Of a stretch of 32,000 nucleotides of DNA, positions 17,960 to 26,731 are shown one piece after another. The DNA is taken from assembly GCF_056989645.1 (NCBI RefSeq), contig NZ_CM168022.1. One strand, 5' to 3'. The stretch's first letter is position 1. Every line of letters starts with the position of its first letter. The position numbers and the translations under genes were made by a program. Below the pieces are notes generated by a model, which did no database searches, was not told the DNA's origin, and worked only from the letters and a program-made list of their open reading frames with translations.

Positions 17960-18391
17960 TTAGGCGGCGTTAAACGCGTCCGGGTAGAGTTTCAGAATGT
18001 CGGCAATTTCCTGCTGAGAAAGTCCGTTGTGATCATTTATGTTCGCAAGATGGTTAATATGAGTGATCACTTTCAGAACATCACCACGGCAGGAGAAACG
18101 GTAGCGAAGGTGTGTTCCGATACCATCAGGATTCTTTTCGTCGATACGCTCCAGAGTGATTCCAAGCTGGCGTTCTAACTCTGTTGCATAGTTACGACCA
18201 GAAGACAGACGGCAGTAGCGAAGAATGTCATTTTCTGTCCATCCCTCTATACCAGTACGCAGCATATAGACTCTGGCACGATGCTTTTTCGGTGTGCGCT
18301 TTGGTGCTTGAAGGGATTTTGTAAGGGGCGTAACATCAGATACACGAATATCTGAATTAGCCGCCTGTAATGGGCGGTTTTTCTTTTCCAT
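17960..18391 (-). CDS. Hypothetical phage/satellite regulatory protein
   Basis: 143 aa, basic, downstream of and adjacent to the AlpA-like gene. Confidence 0.5.
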   Translation of the reverse strand: MEKKNRPLQAANSDIRVSDVTPLTKSLQAPKRTPKKHRARVYMLRTGIEGWTENDILRYCRLSSGRNYATELERQLGITLERIDEKNPDGIGTHLRYRFSCRGDVLKVITHINHLANINDHNGLSQQEIADILKLYPDAFNAA

Positions 18392-18594
18392 CAGGCCACC
18401 TCGTCTCTAGATTCTAATATACACTTCTCAATCCATTCATCTATTTCAGACTCAACAAAAGCAATTGCCCGACTTCCAATTTTTACCTGTTTAGGGAACC
18501 TCCCCTGACTAATAAGACGATAAATCCATGCTTTGCTATAACCAGTTCGCCTTTGAACTTCAGAGAGACGAATTAATGAATTGTAATTAGCCAT
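18391..18594 (-). CDS. AlpA family transcriptional regulator/excisionase
   Basis: LIRLSEVQRRTGYSKAWIYRLISQGRFPKQVKIGSRAIAFVESEIDEWIEKCI. Confidence 0.9.
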   Translation of the reverse strand: MANYNSLIRLSEVQRRTGYSKAWIYRLISQGRFPKQVKIGSRAIAFVESEIDEWIEKCILESRDEVA

Positions 18595-18757
18595 TTATTA
18601 ATATCCTGTACTAATGACGCAATAACTCCCTCCTGCAACGAATGGCGAGAGTTTTATTTGCGTCAAATGTCGAATACGCCAAAGACCACAATATGAAAAA
18701 CATATTGCGGTCTTTTATAAAAGATAGTCAGATTGTTTTGGTTTGTTTGCTCCACAA

Positions 18758-18804
18758 GGGTAGAGCTACCCTGCATTTCGGCAGGATCACGCTATTAGGC
18801 GTGA
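18758..18804. other. Cluster of three short hairpins in the alpA-int intergenic region
   Basis: GGGTAG-ag-CTACCC (18758-18771), CCTGC-atttcg-GCAGG (18770-18785), TCACGC-tattag-GCGTGA (approximately 18787-18804). Confidence 0.6.
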
Positions 18805-18814
18805 CATCCAGTAG

Positions 18815-18879
18815 TTTTAAAGAACAATTGCGCTTTGTCAGCGCCAAAGCCTGTTAAAGAACATTCCGCTTTGTCAGCG
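18815..18879. repeat. Degenerate direct repeat, about 27 bp
   Basis: ttttaaagaacaattgcgctttgtcagcg and tgttaaagaacattccgctttgtcagcg. Confidence 0.65.
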
Positions 18880-19022
18880 ACGTAGAAGGCTCAATACACC
18901 TTCGTTTATAAAAGAGCGATTGCCCTTCTCCAGGGCTAACTGTTAAATAGCAATCCTCTGTGAGTTTTTATCAATCTACTCCCCTATACTTTAGTAAACC
19001 TCTGTATACTTGTCCAGTTGTT

Positions 19023-20237
19023 TCATGCGTGTTTTTCAAACACCATATGCACCACATTTCCGCCATGCTCGAGAGAATCCATATAGTCGGCATACCATTG
19101 AAGCATCTCCCGCCTTCCATCCAGATATTGCGCATGGTTGTATGTGCCACGAATTGAGTTCTTATCAACGTGAGCGAGCTGCGTTTCTATCCACGCGGTG
19201 TTATAGCCCTGCTCATGCAAAATCGTACTCATAGTGTGCCGGAACCCATGACCAGTTACACGTCCAGCGTAGCCAATGCGCTTAAACACTTGGTTTATGC
19301 TGGCCTCGCTCATTGTTTTCCTTGGATCATTGCGCCCGGGAAACATAAGAGGGTAATTGCCTGTTATTTCTCTAATCTTCCCAATAAGCGAAAGAGCCTG
19401 CTCAGACAATGGCACAATATGAGTCCGCCGCATTTTCATACGTGAAGCGGGTATCTCCCAGATAGCCTTGTTGAAATCAATTTCATCCCATAATGCGCCA
19501 CGTAGTTCGCCAGTCCGCAAGCCGGTGATAATCAGTAGACGAGCCGCCATAACAACCAATGCGCTTCCTGAGTAACTGGACAATGCCTTGAAAAAATCAG
19601 GTAATTCTTTGGCTGTAAGGAAAGGGTAATGATTAGATTCATGGCCTTGCATCGCGCTAGTAAGGTCTGGTGCAGGGTTATACTCTGCGCGACCAGTGAC
19701 TATTGCATAGCGGAAAACTTCCCCGCACCGTTGCCTCACTTTTTTGGCTTTTTCTGTAGCACCGCGCCCCTCGATGCGACGCAGCACATTCAGAAGTTCA
19801 AGTGGTTTGATTTCGGCGATGGGTTTTTTGCCAATGTAAGGGAACACATCTTTGTTGAAGGCTTCGAGGATGTCTGAAGCATAACCAGCAGACCATTTTT
19901 TTAATTTGCTGCTGTGCCACTCAATGGCAATATCTTTGAAGGTGTTGTTTAACTGCGTTTCCCGGGCAATCTTTTCCTCTCGTTTCGCTTCCATCGGATC
20001 GATACCACCAGCGATACCTCTTTTCGCATCTTCACGTTTTGCCCGAGCATCGGCTAGAGTAACCTCAGGATAAACACCTAGTGCCAATAGCTTCTCTTTA
20101 CCAGCTACACGATATTTAAGTCGCCAGTATTTACCTCCATTAGGTTTTACCAAGAGATACAAACCGCCACCATCGGCCAGCTTGTAAGCCTTCTCTTTTG
20201 GCTTGGCTGTGTCTATTTGACGGGCATTGAGTTTCAC
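19023..20237 (-). CDS. int: P4-type tyrosine recombinase/integrase
   Basis: 404 aa, DUF4102 N-terminus (KLNARQIDTAKPKEKAYKLADGGGLYLLVKPNGGKYWRLKYRVAGKEK), catalytic motifs TGLRTGEL, HGFRHTMSTILHEQG, YNHAQYLDGRREMLQ. The start appears to be GTG. Confidence 0.95.
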   Translation of the reverse strand: MKLNARQIDTAKPKEKAYKLADGGGLYLLVKPNGGKYWRLKYRVAGKEKLLALGVYPEVTLADARAKREDAKRGIAGGIDPMEAKREEKIARETQLNNTFKDIAIEWHSSKLKKWSAGYASDILEAFNKDVFPYIGKKPIAEIKPLELLNVLRRIEGRGATEKAKKVRQRCGEVFRYAIVTGRAEYNPAPDLTSAMQGHESNHYPFLTAKELPDFFKALSSYSGSALVVMAARLLIITGLRTGELRGALWDEIDFNKAIWEIPASRMKMRRTHIVPLSEQALSLIGKIREITGNYPLMFPGRNDPRKTMSEASINQVFKRIGYAGRVTGHGFRHTMSTILHEQGYNTAWIETQLAHVDKNSIRGTYNHAQYLDGRREMLQWYADYMDSLEHGGNVVHMVFEKHA

Positions 20238-20238
20238 T

Positions 20239-20289
20239 TGGGGGTACCTCCACTAAACCGAACAGCAAATACCCCCATAAGTACCCCCA
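20239..20289. repeat. TACCCCCA repeats, candidate integrase arm sites at the int end
   Basis: tgggggta (inverted copy) just upstream of the int start and tacccccataagtaccccca at 20270-20289. Confidence 0.6.
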
Positions 20290-20309
20290 TCTGACCGTAG
20301 ATTTTGAGG

Positions 20310-20385
20310 GACTTTAGTAGACGTCAAAAGACGAGCGGGGCTTTAATACGCGGATTATAAGGGGTTTTGAAAGACTTTAGTAGAC
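20310..20385. repeat. 13-bp direct repeats between int and att
   Basis: gactttagtagac at 20310-20322 and 20373-20385. Confidence 0.6.
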
Positions 20386-20402
20386 TTGGGGAGATGTTTG
20401 AA

Positions 20403-20448
20403 TGGTGCCGATAATAGGAGTCGAACCTACGACCTTCGCATTACGAAT
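20403..20448 (-). repeat. 46-bp thrW 3'-end fragment, prophage attachment core
   Basis: Reverse complement ATTCGTAATGCGAAGGTCGTAGGTTCGACTCCTATTATCGGCACCA equals the 3' part of tRNA-Thr (thrW), the attachment core used by P22/SfV-type phages. The rest of the tRNA is absent. Confidence 0.9.
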
Positions 20449-20783
20449 TATAAGAATCCACTTCTAATTCAAAGCATTACCCCATCAACACTGCGCTCAC
20501 ACGTCCCACCACATCAAAACATGTAAAGCCTTGCAAGCCATTGCGAGGCCTTATGTGTCTCAGTTTTGTCCCACCTTGTATTACGACTTGCATAGCCAAT
20601 GAAGATAAACGTGACGACAAACGGCGCAGCAGTCTTCTTTTCCTTCATACTTTCCCCACCCAGCATGCATACCTTCTACCATAACTGTAGTGAATGTCTG
20701 TTATGAGCGAAAATCGGAAGTTAGTGTCCTCATAATTTTGATAGAATGTTCGAACTTTTCCTTTCTAAGAAACTTGAGAAGTT

Positions 20784-21215
20784 ATGAAAAAATCACTCGT
20801 GCTAGTTATGTTTCTTTTCTCAGCTTGTGTTACTGCGAGTAATGACCTAGATCTATATGATAATCAAGGCAACGCCGTCGTTTATATTTCACTTGATGAC
20901 GAGTTGACTTTATATAGTTGGGAGGGTGAACCAAGCGCCTACCTTAAACATAACCAGAACAATGAGTTTGATGTTTATGGATTCAATGGGAATCATTTAG
21001 GCTGGTTTACTAATGGTATGTTGATTGATCACGATGGCTATGTTGCCTGTGCAGTAAAAGACATGGTTACCACACCTAATTTGCCATCACTTAAATCACT
21101 TAAGAGCCTCAAGCCTCTAAAATCGCTAACGGAACTTCCCCCTCTTTTCCCGCTGCTAAAAAATGCCTTTGGTCAGACAAATTGTTCTTTGTTAGTAGCT
21201 TCAGGTGTTGCATAA
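20784..21215 (+). CDS. Secreted 4-fold beta flower-like protein
   Basis: Signal peptide MKKSLVLVMFLFSACVTASND, then repeated LYDNQGNAVVYI / LYSWEGEPSAYL / VYGFNGNHLGWFTNGMLIDHDG strand units. Confidence 0.65.
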   Translation: MKKSLVLVMFLFSACVTASNDLDLYDNQGNAVVYISLDDELTLYSWEGEPSAYLKHNQNNEFDVYGFNGNHLGWFTNGMLIDHDGYVACAVKDMVTTPNLPSLKSLKSLKPLKSLTELPPLFPLLKNAFGQTNCSLLVASGVA

Positions 21216-21452
21216 ATCCACAACGGATGCATTTCTTGAAAGGGATGCCCCTCCAGAGGATAAAATGCTTACGGTATCCGCTCCTGACACGGAGCGGACC
21301 AATCAGGTGGTTGTAAGGTCCGCTATGAGCAAGAAGCGGAAGTTGGCAGTTTTGTGGACTGTCCCCACAAAAGTGACTACAGAAATAGTTGCAATTCATA
21401 ATTGATCATGGGTTGTCAGTTAGTAAGCGACTCGTCAGAACCGTATTGATAT

Positions 21453-23024
21453 TTACTGAGAGCTCAGATCAACTTTCCAGGGCAACAGATCGCGTACCCG
21501 GTTTGCCGGCCAGTCCTGGATATGTTCAATGACGTAACGCAGCCACTTTTCTGGCTCCACATTGTTCAGACGGCATGTGCCGATCAGCGAGTACAACACC
21601 GCCGCATGTTCACCACCGCTGTCGGAACCCGCGAACATCCAGTTTTTCCGGCCTACGGCCACTCCCCGTAAGGCGTTCTCTGCGATGTTGTTGTCGATTT
21701 CCACCCAGCCATTACTGCAGTACACGTTCAGTGCATCCCACTGTTTCAGCAGGTATGCGAACGCTTTTGCCGTATCTGAGTGACGCGACAGTGTTTTCAT
21801 CTGTTGCTGTATCCAGTCATACAGTGACTGCATCAGTGGCGCGGCTCTGGCTTTTCTTGCCGCCAGACGCTGTTCTGCTGAACAGCCCCGGACCTCTGCC
21901 TCGATGGCATACAGTTCACCGATACGCTGCAGGGCTTCCGTGGTGATGTAGGTGGGCGCTCTTGCATGCACATCGTGGATTTTTCTCCGGGCATGAGCCA
22001 TACACGCGGCTTCCGTTATTCTGCCGGATTCGTATAACGCCCGGTAACCACCGTAAGCATCGGCCTGAAGCACACCGCTGTAACCGGCCAGGTGATTTTG
22101 TGGATGGATACCTTTCCGGTCCGGACTGTACGCGAACCAGACCGCCGGGGGCATCTGTGAACCGGCGTTACGGTCATCACGGACGTAGACCCACAGCCGG
22201 GCTGTCCGGGTTTTACCGCTGCCCGGCTCCTGGACCGGGACGGGGATATCATCAGCATGGACTTTACCGGGCATCAGCACATACTGGCGCAGGACGTCAT
22301 ACAGCGGCTCCAGCAGTTCAGCAACAGCACCTGTCCAGCGCCCCAGTGTGGCACGGCTCAGCTCCACTCCCTGACGACGGTATATTTCTGACTGGCGGTA
22401 TAACGGCAGATGGTCTGCATATTTCCCGGTGACAACATGGGCCAGAAGCCCCGCTCCGGCATAACTGCGTGCAATGGGTTTTGAAGGTACTGGTGCCTGC
22501 ACGATATGGTCGCACCGGCAACAGGCCTGTTTCGGACGTTGTGTTTCGATAACCTTAAAGGCGCTGCTGATAAGCTCCAGTTGCTCTGACACATCACATC
22601 CCAGAGAACTGAGTTCACCACCACAGGCAGGACAGCATTCCTCTTCCGGCCGGATAACCCGGGTTTCACGGGGAAGTGAGGCCGGTAACGGTTTACGGGC
22701 TGAAGACTGGCGCAGGGCGGATGGCAGTACCGGGTCATATTGCTCACCCAGCGTTTCCGCCATTTCTTCCCGAAGTGCGCTGATTCGCTCCTGTGCTTCC
22801 TGTATCTGCCGTTCGGTTTTTGCACGAAGTTTTTCTGAGCTTTTACCGAACTGCATACGTTGCAGTTTCGCAACCAGCGCCTTCAGCCGGTTGATTTCGG
22901 AAGCATAAGCCGCCACCCGCTGTGAGAGCAGGCGGTTGTATTCAGCCATCTGGCGGATGGTGTCCTGTTGCGTCTGCAACAGTGCCCGCAGGCGGGCGTT
23001 CTCATGAGCAAGTGAGGTGTCCAT
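21453..23024 (-). CDS. tnpC: IS66 family transposase TnpC
   Basis: 523 aa; [83 protein letters not shown]. Confidence 0.95.
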   Translation of the reverse strand: MDTSLAHENARLRALLQTQQDTIRQMAEYNRLLSQRVAAYASEINRLKALVAKLQRMQFGKSSEKLRAKTERQIQEAQERISALREEMAETLGEQYDPVLPSALRQSSARKPLPASLPRETRVIRPEEECCPACGGELSSLGCDVSEQLELISSAFKVIETQRPKQACCRCDHIVQAPVPSKPIARSYAGAGLLAHVVTGKYADHLPLYRQSEIYRRQGVELSRATLGRWTGAVAELLEPLYDVLRQYVLMPGKVHADDIPVPVQEPGSGKTRTARLWVYVRDDRNAGSQMPPAVWFAYSPDRKGIHPQNHLAGYSGVLQADAYGGYRALYESGRITEAACMAHARRKIHDVHARAPTYITTEALQRIGELYAIEAEVRGCSAEQRLAARKARAAPLMQSLYDWIQQQMKTLSRHSDTAKAFAYLLKQWDALNVYCSNGWVEIDNNIAENALRGVAVGRKNWMFAGSDSGGEHAAVLYSLIGTCRLNNVEPEKWLRYVIEHIQDWPANRVRDLLPWKVDLSSQ

Positions 23025-23043
23025 ATCCTCACTTTACAACGGG

Positions 23044-23391
23044 TTATATGCGGATTCCAGCGCGTTCCGTTCGTTTCGGGTGCTTCCAGTTGATACCTTC
23101 AAGAAGCATGGATAACTGAGCCGGAGTAAGGTGCACCTTGCCGTCACGGGTGACTGGCCAGACGAAGCGGCCCCGCTCCAGGCGTTTGGTGAAGAGGCAC
23201 AGTCCGTCACTGTCAGCCCACAACACTTTTATCTGGTCACCCCGGCGTCCGCGGAAGATGAACAGGTGTCCGGAGAACGGGTCATCCTTCAGGACGTTCT
23301 GAACTTTTGATGCCAGGCCGTTAAAGCCATTTCGCATATCGGTGATACCTGCAACCAGCCAGATACGCGAACCTGCAGGGAGAGATATCAT
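23044..23391 (-). CDS. tnpB: IS66 family accessory protein TnpB
   Basis: 115 aa; RIWLVAGITDMRNGFNGLASKVQNVL...HLFIFRGRRGDQIKVLWADSDGLCLFTKRLERGRFVWP. Confidence 0.95.
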   Translation of the reverse strand: MISLPAGSRIWLVAGITDMRNGFNGLASKVQNVLKDDPFSGHLFIFRGRRGDQIKVLWADSDGLCLFTKRLERGRFVWPVTRDGKVHLTPAQLSMLLEGINWKHPKRTERAGIRI

Positions 23392-24068
23392 CAGTGGCTG
23401 CTCCCTTTTATTTCGCGGATAAGTGTCTGTAATAACGCCGGCGTCAGTTTACCTTTAAGCCTGAGAGTTCCGGCCGGCAGAACCAGCTCACAACACAGAC
23501 TGTCGGACGGTGTATTTATCTGCTCTGGTTCCTGTGCGGGGGCCGGGATTTTATTATCCGGCTCCGGCGTTAACGTCACGGGAAGCAGTGCCGGCATATT
23601 TTTTCCGGAAGGCAGCAGGCCACCTTTCCGGTATTGATGGCGCCAGTTGAAGAGCAGGTTATCGTTGATTCCGTTTTCCCGGGCGATCTGCGCCACACAG
23701 GCTCCGGGCTGCAGTGACTGCTCCACTAAGGCGATTTTAAACTCATAAGGGAAGTTGGGCCGCCGGGGACGTTTTTTTACCATGGGGGCTTCGGATATAA
23801 CGGTGCTTTCAGGACGTACGACTGGTACCGTGGAAAATTGTCCGTAAAGGCAGGCATCAAGTTCCTGCTCCGACATGCCTGCGGGCAAAGGCCACGAAAG
23901 GCCAGCTCTCCGAAAGCGCACGAACATACTACAAACTGTTGATTTTGGTACACCCAGGCGACGCCCGGCCACAACCCGGGGTAAATGTTCTTCAAAGTGA
24001 AGACGTAAAGCTTCAGTGATCCAGGTCCGGTGTTTCATACGATAGTGTCCATTAAAAATGATGGACAT
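23391..24068 (-). CDS. tnpA: IS66 family accessory protein TnpA
   Basis: 225 aa with an HTH segment RRPNFPYEFKIALVEQSLQPGACVAQIARENGINDNLLFNWRHQYRKG. Confidence 0.9.
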   Translation of the reverse strand: MSIIFNGHYRMKHRTWITEALRLHFEEHLPRVVAGRRLGVPKSTVCSMFVRFRRAGLSWPLPAGMSEQELDACLYGQFSTVPVVRPESTVISEAPMVKKRPRRPNFPYEFKIALVEQSLQPGACVAQIARENGINDNLLFNWRHQYRKGGLLPSGKNMPALLPVTLTPEPDNKIPAPAQEPEQINTPSDSLCCELVLPAGTLRLKGKLTPALLQTLIREIKGSSH

Positions 24069-24250
24069 TATTTTTGTAGAGCCGGAGGAAACAGACCAGA
24101 CGGTTTAAATGAGCCGGTTACGTCAGTTAAACTCGTGGCGATTTAAATAGACTAATTGGGAGTGCGTCCATTACTTATATCTTGTAATGTTAACTATCAG
24201 AAATGATACAAAGATAATATGTCTTTAAAGAAAAGACTGATGGCGAAAAG

Positions 24251-24268
24251 TGGCCCGATGAGGGCCAC
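24251..24268 (-). terminator. Probable original flxA terminator, now separated by IS3
   Basis: Minus strand GTGGCCC-tcatc-GGGCCAC followed by TTTT. The IS3 target duplication starts at the hairpin edge. Confidence 0.55.
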
Positions 24269-24298
24269 TGATCCTACCCACGTAATATGGACACAGGC

Positions 24299-25165
24299 CT
24301 AAGCGAGGTTCTGGTTTTCAAATTGTTCCGGACTGAGGCCGCCACACCAACTGTGCCGCCGCCACCGATTGTAATCACATTCGATATAATTAAACACCGT
24401 TGCCCGCATTATTTCCCGGCTGATAAAGTGTTCTCCATGGATACATTCCACTTTCAGCGAATGAAAGAAGCTTTCCACGCAGGCATTATCGTAGCAGCAA
24501 CCTTTTGCGCTCATACTTCCACGCAGATTATGCCGCTTCAGTTGCGCCTGATAATCTGCTGAACAGTACTGGCCTCCACGGTCCGTGTGAACGATAACGT
24601 TCCGGGGCCTCTTACGCCGCCACAGCGCCATCTGCAGGGCATCGCAGGCCAGTTGCGCCGTCATGCGTGGCGACATTGACCAGCCAATAACGGCACGTGA
24701 CCACAGGTCAATGACCACTGCCAGATACAGCCAGCCTTCATCTGTACGTAAGTACGTGATGTCTCCTGCCCACTTCTGGTTCGGGCCACTGGCGTAAAAA
24801 TCCTGCTCCAACAGATTTTCTGACACAGGCTGGCCGTGTGCGCGGTAGCTGACCGGGCTGAACTTCCGGGAGGCCTTTGCCCTCAGTCCCTGACGGCGCA
24901 GGCTTGCCGCCACGGTTTTTACGTTAAAGGGGTAACCCTGAGCACGCAGTTCATCCGTCAGGCGTGGGGCACCGTAACGCTGTTTTGACCGGGTAAAAGC
25001 CGCGAGGACAACGCTGTCGCAGTGTTGGCGGAACTGCTGACGCGTGCTTATCCTTGTCCGCCGCTGACACCACGTATACCAGCCGCTGCGGGCCACCCGG
25101 AGCACGCGGCACATTGCTTTGATGCTGAACTCAGCCTGATGTTTTTCAATAAAGACATACTTCAT
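24299..25165 (-). CDS. insF: IS3 transposase OrfB
   Basis: 288 aa; [36 protein letters not shown] ... [34 protein letters not shown]. Confidence 0.95.
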   Translation of the reverse strand: MKYVFIEKHQAEFSIKAMCRVLRVARSGWYTWCQRRTRISTRQQFRQHCDSVVLAAFTRSKQRYGAPRLTDELRAQGYPFNVKTVAASLRRQGLRAKASRKFSPVSYRAHGQPVSENLLEQDFYASGPNQKWAGDITYLRTDEGWLYLAVVIDLWSRAVIGWSMSPRMTAQLACDALQMALWRRKRPRNVIVHTDRGGQYCSADYQAQLKRHNLRGSMSAKGCCYDNACVESFFHSLKVECIHGEHFISREIMRATVFNYIECDYNRWRRHSWCGGLSPEQFENQNLA

Positions 25166-25470
25166 TTCAGGCGCTTCGCGAAGTATGTCGCGGCCTTTTG
25201 GAGGATAGCCAGCTCTTCATCCCGTTCTGCCAGCTGGCGTTTGAGACGTGCAATCTCGGTAGACATCTCCAGTTCACGTTCAGAAGACGTCTGCTGATTT
25301 TGCTGTTTACTGCGCCAGTTGTAGAGCTGTGATTCATACAGGCTGAGTTCACGGGCTGCGGCAGTAACACCGATGCGTTCAGCAAGCTTCAGGGCTTCAC
25401 TGCGAAATTCAGGCGAATGCTGTTTACGGGGTTTTTTACTGGTTGATACTGTTTTTGTCATGTGAGTCAC
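25162..25470 (-). CDS. insE: IS3 transposase OrfA
   Basis: [54 protein letters not shown]; the track's 102-aa version adds three residues at the N-terminus. Confidence 0.93.
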   Translation of the reverse strand: MTHMTKTVSTSKKPRKQHSPEFRSEALKLAERIGVTAAARELSLYESQLYNWRSKQQNQQTSSERELEMSTEIARLKRQLAERDEELAILQKAATYFAKRLK

Positions 25471-25543
25471 CTCTGACTGAGAGTTTACTCACTTAGCCGC
25501 GTGTCCACTATTGCTGGGTAAGATCACACAATACGGCTGTCAC

Positions 25544-25876
25544 TTAGACGTAAATATCAATGGTGCCAGCGGTATTTGTATCGTCTTTTTTCTCTTCTTT
25601 TTTATCAGGATGAACTGTCGCGTCTTCATTCTTTTTCTCTGCCTGCTGCCTTAACAACTGCTCCAGTTGAGCCCTGAGGCTTTCAATTTGCTTCTGTACC
25701 AATGCAGCCATTTCTTTTTTCTGCTGTGTCGTCATCCCCTCTTCCGATGAGATTTTCCCAAGCTTTTCAGTCAGCACCTGAATTTGTCTTGTGATTTTGG
25801 CTATTTCTGATGTTCCTTCCGGGGCGGAGTTGTTTGAAATAACGGTTGAGGTATTTCCCTGAATTGTGACAGACAT
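25544..25876 (-). CDS. flxA: FlxA, prophage-borne flagellar-regulon protein
   Basis: 110 aa MSVTIQGNTSTVISNNSAPEGTSEIAKITRQIQVLTEKLGKISSEEGMTTQQKKEMAALVQKQIESL..., recognisable as Qin prophage FlxA. Confidence 0.92.
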   Translation of the reverse strand: MSVTIQGNTSTVISNNSAPEGTSEIAKITRQIQVLTEKLGKISSEEGMTTQQKKEMAALVQKQIESLRAQLEQLLRQQAEKKNEDATVHPDKKEEKKDDTNTAGTIDIYV

Positions 25877-25899
25877 AGATTTCTCCTTTTAAAAAAGCA

Positions 25900-25926
25900 C
25901 TATCGGCATGCACAAAAAAATCTTTA
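25900..25926 (-). promoter_or_regulatory. Sigma-28 (FliA) promoter of flxA
   Basis: Minus strand TAAAGATT-N11-GCCGATAG versus consensus TAAAGTTT-N11-GCCGATAA, 23 nt upstream of the ATG. Confidence 0.88.
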
Positions 25927-26731
25927 ATCGTATTTCTTGTGTCATTAATTGTTTGATGTTCAGATTGTTTTCCTCGCGGGCTGGCGCGCCTCAGAAAGTA
26001 AAGCTTGTTGACAGGGGTAAACGTTCGGCAATAATTTTCTGCCGCATGCGGGTGTTGCATAAAACGTGCTACGTTCCTTTATCGACAGGTCAGGTCACCG
26101 CTCACCCGCCGACGAGAAAGCAACACTGACATGCTAAAGCAAAAAATAGATGAATAAGTTGAGTTGTGCATATGTAGCCTGACCGTCACAAAGTATATGG
26201 TGTCTGTACCAGTAAGATGGTGGCCGGACTCTTTAAAAACGAGCTGACCTGCACAATACAGGATGGACTTAGCAATGGCTGCTCCTGGCACATAGCAGCC
26301 CTAGAGACAGTGGCGTAAAGTCATGGAGGGTCGGTGGCAGGAGATGCAAATCCTCTCATACAAAAATACGTAAAATCAATAACGGCTAGAAATCATTCAA
26401 TACTCGCACTATCTAACATTTACCAGCCAACCGCAGCACGTCTTGCATACGACCTGTCTGCGGTTTCAATCACCTCTCACCACCAGTCCCATCAATAATA
26501 ATTAAACAGCGCCTAAACAAAATAAATAACAACAAGTCAACAACCTCGACAGGATGCCGATGGGATGATGAAGAGATAAGAAAGAATAACTAGTAAAGCC
26601 CTAAAACGTCAGCGTTCAGACGCGTTTTTTACTTAACCGGTAACAAATACGTTGTATCATAGCAACATAAAATGATTGTTCTAAATCAGATTAACTCCTC
26701 ACTTTTGTACAATGTCGCTTACAGGTATACC

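Larger units (their letters stand above)
1883..20448. mobile_element. Integrative element with P4-type integrase and primase carrying a P22-like ejection module
   Basis: Bounded by thrW-like fragments in the same orientation. Integrase adjoins one end, int arm-like TACCCCC repeats occur near both ends, and all intervening genes are of phage or satellite type. Confidence 0.65.
21423..24122 (-). mobile_element. IS66-family insertion sequence, apparently complete
   Basis: Ends gtaagcgactcgtcagaacc / (rc) gtaaccggctcatttaaacc, three ORFs, and identical 8-bp target duplication gtcagtta at 21415-21422 and 24123-24130. Confidence 0.93.
24269..25526 (-). mobile_element. IS3, complete
   Basis: 1258 bp between tgatcctacccacgtaatatgg and ...ccactattgctgggtaagatca, InsE and InsF ORFs, and a 3-bp target duplication cac (24266-24268, 25527-25529). 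Confidence 0.96.

Noticed and set aside
21562-22873. Plus and minus ORFs inside the IS66 element (73-171 aa)
   Set aside because: They are alternative frames of the tnpC transposase.
26240-26400. tRNA-like or small RNA-like stretch (aggagatgcaaatcctct near a short hairpin)
   Set aside because: It resembles a T-arm but no full cloverleaf could be drawn, so I cannot support a tRNA or named ncRNA.
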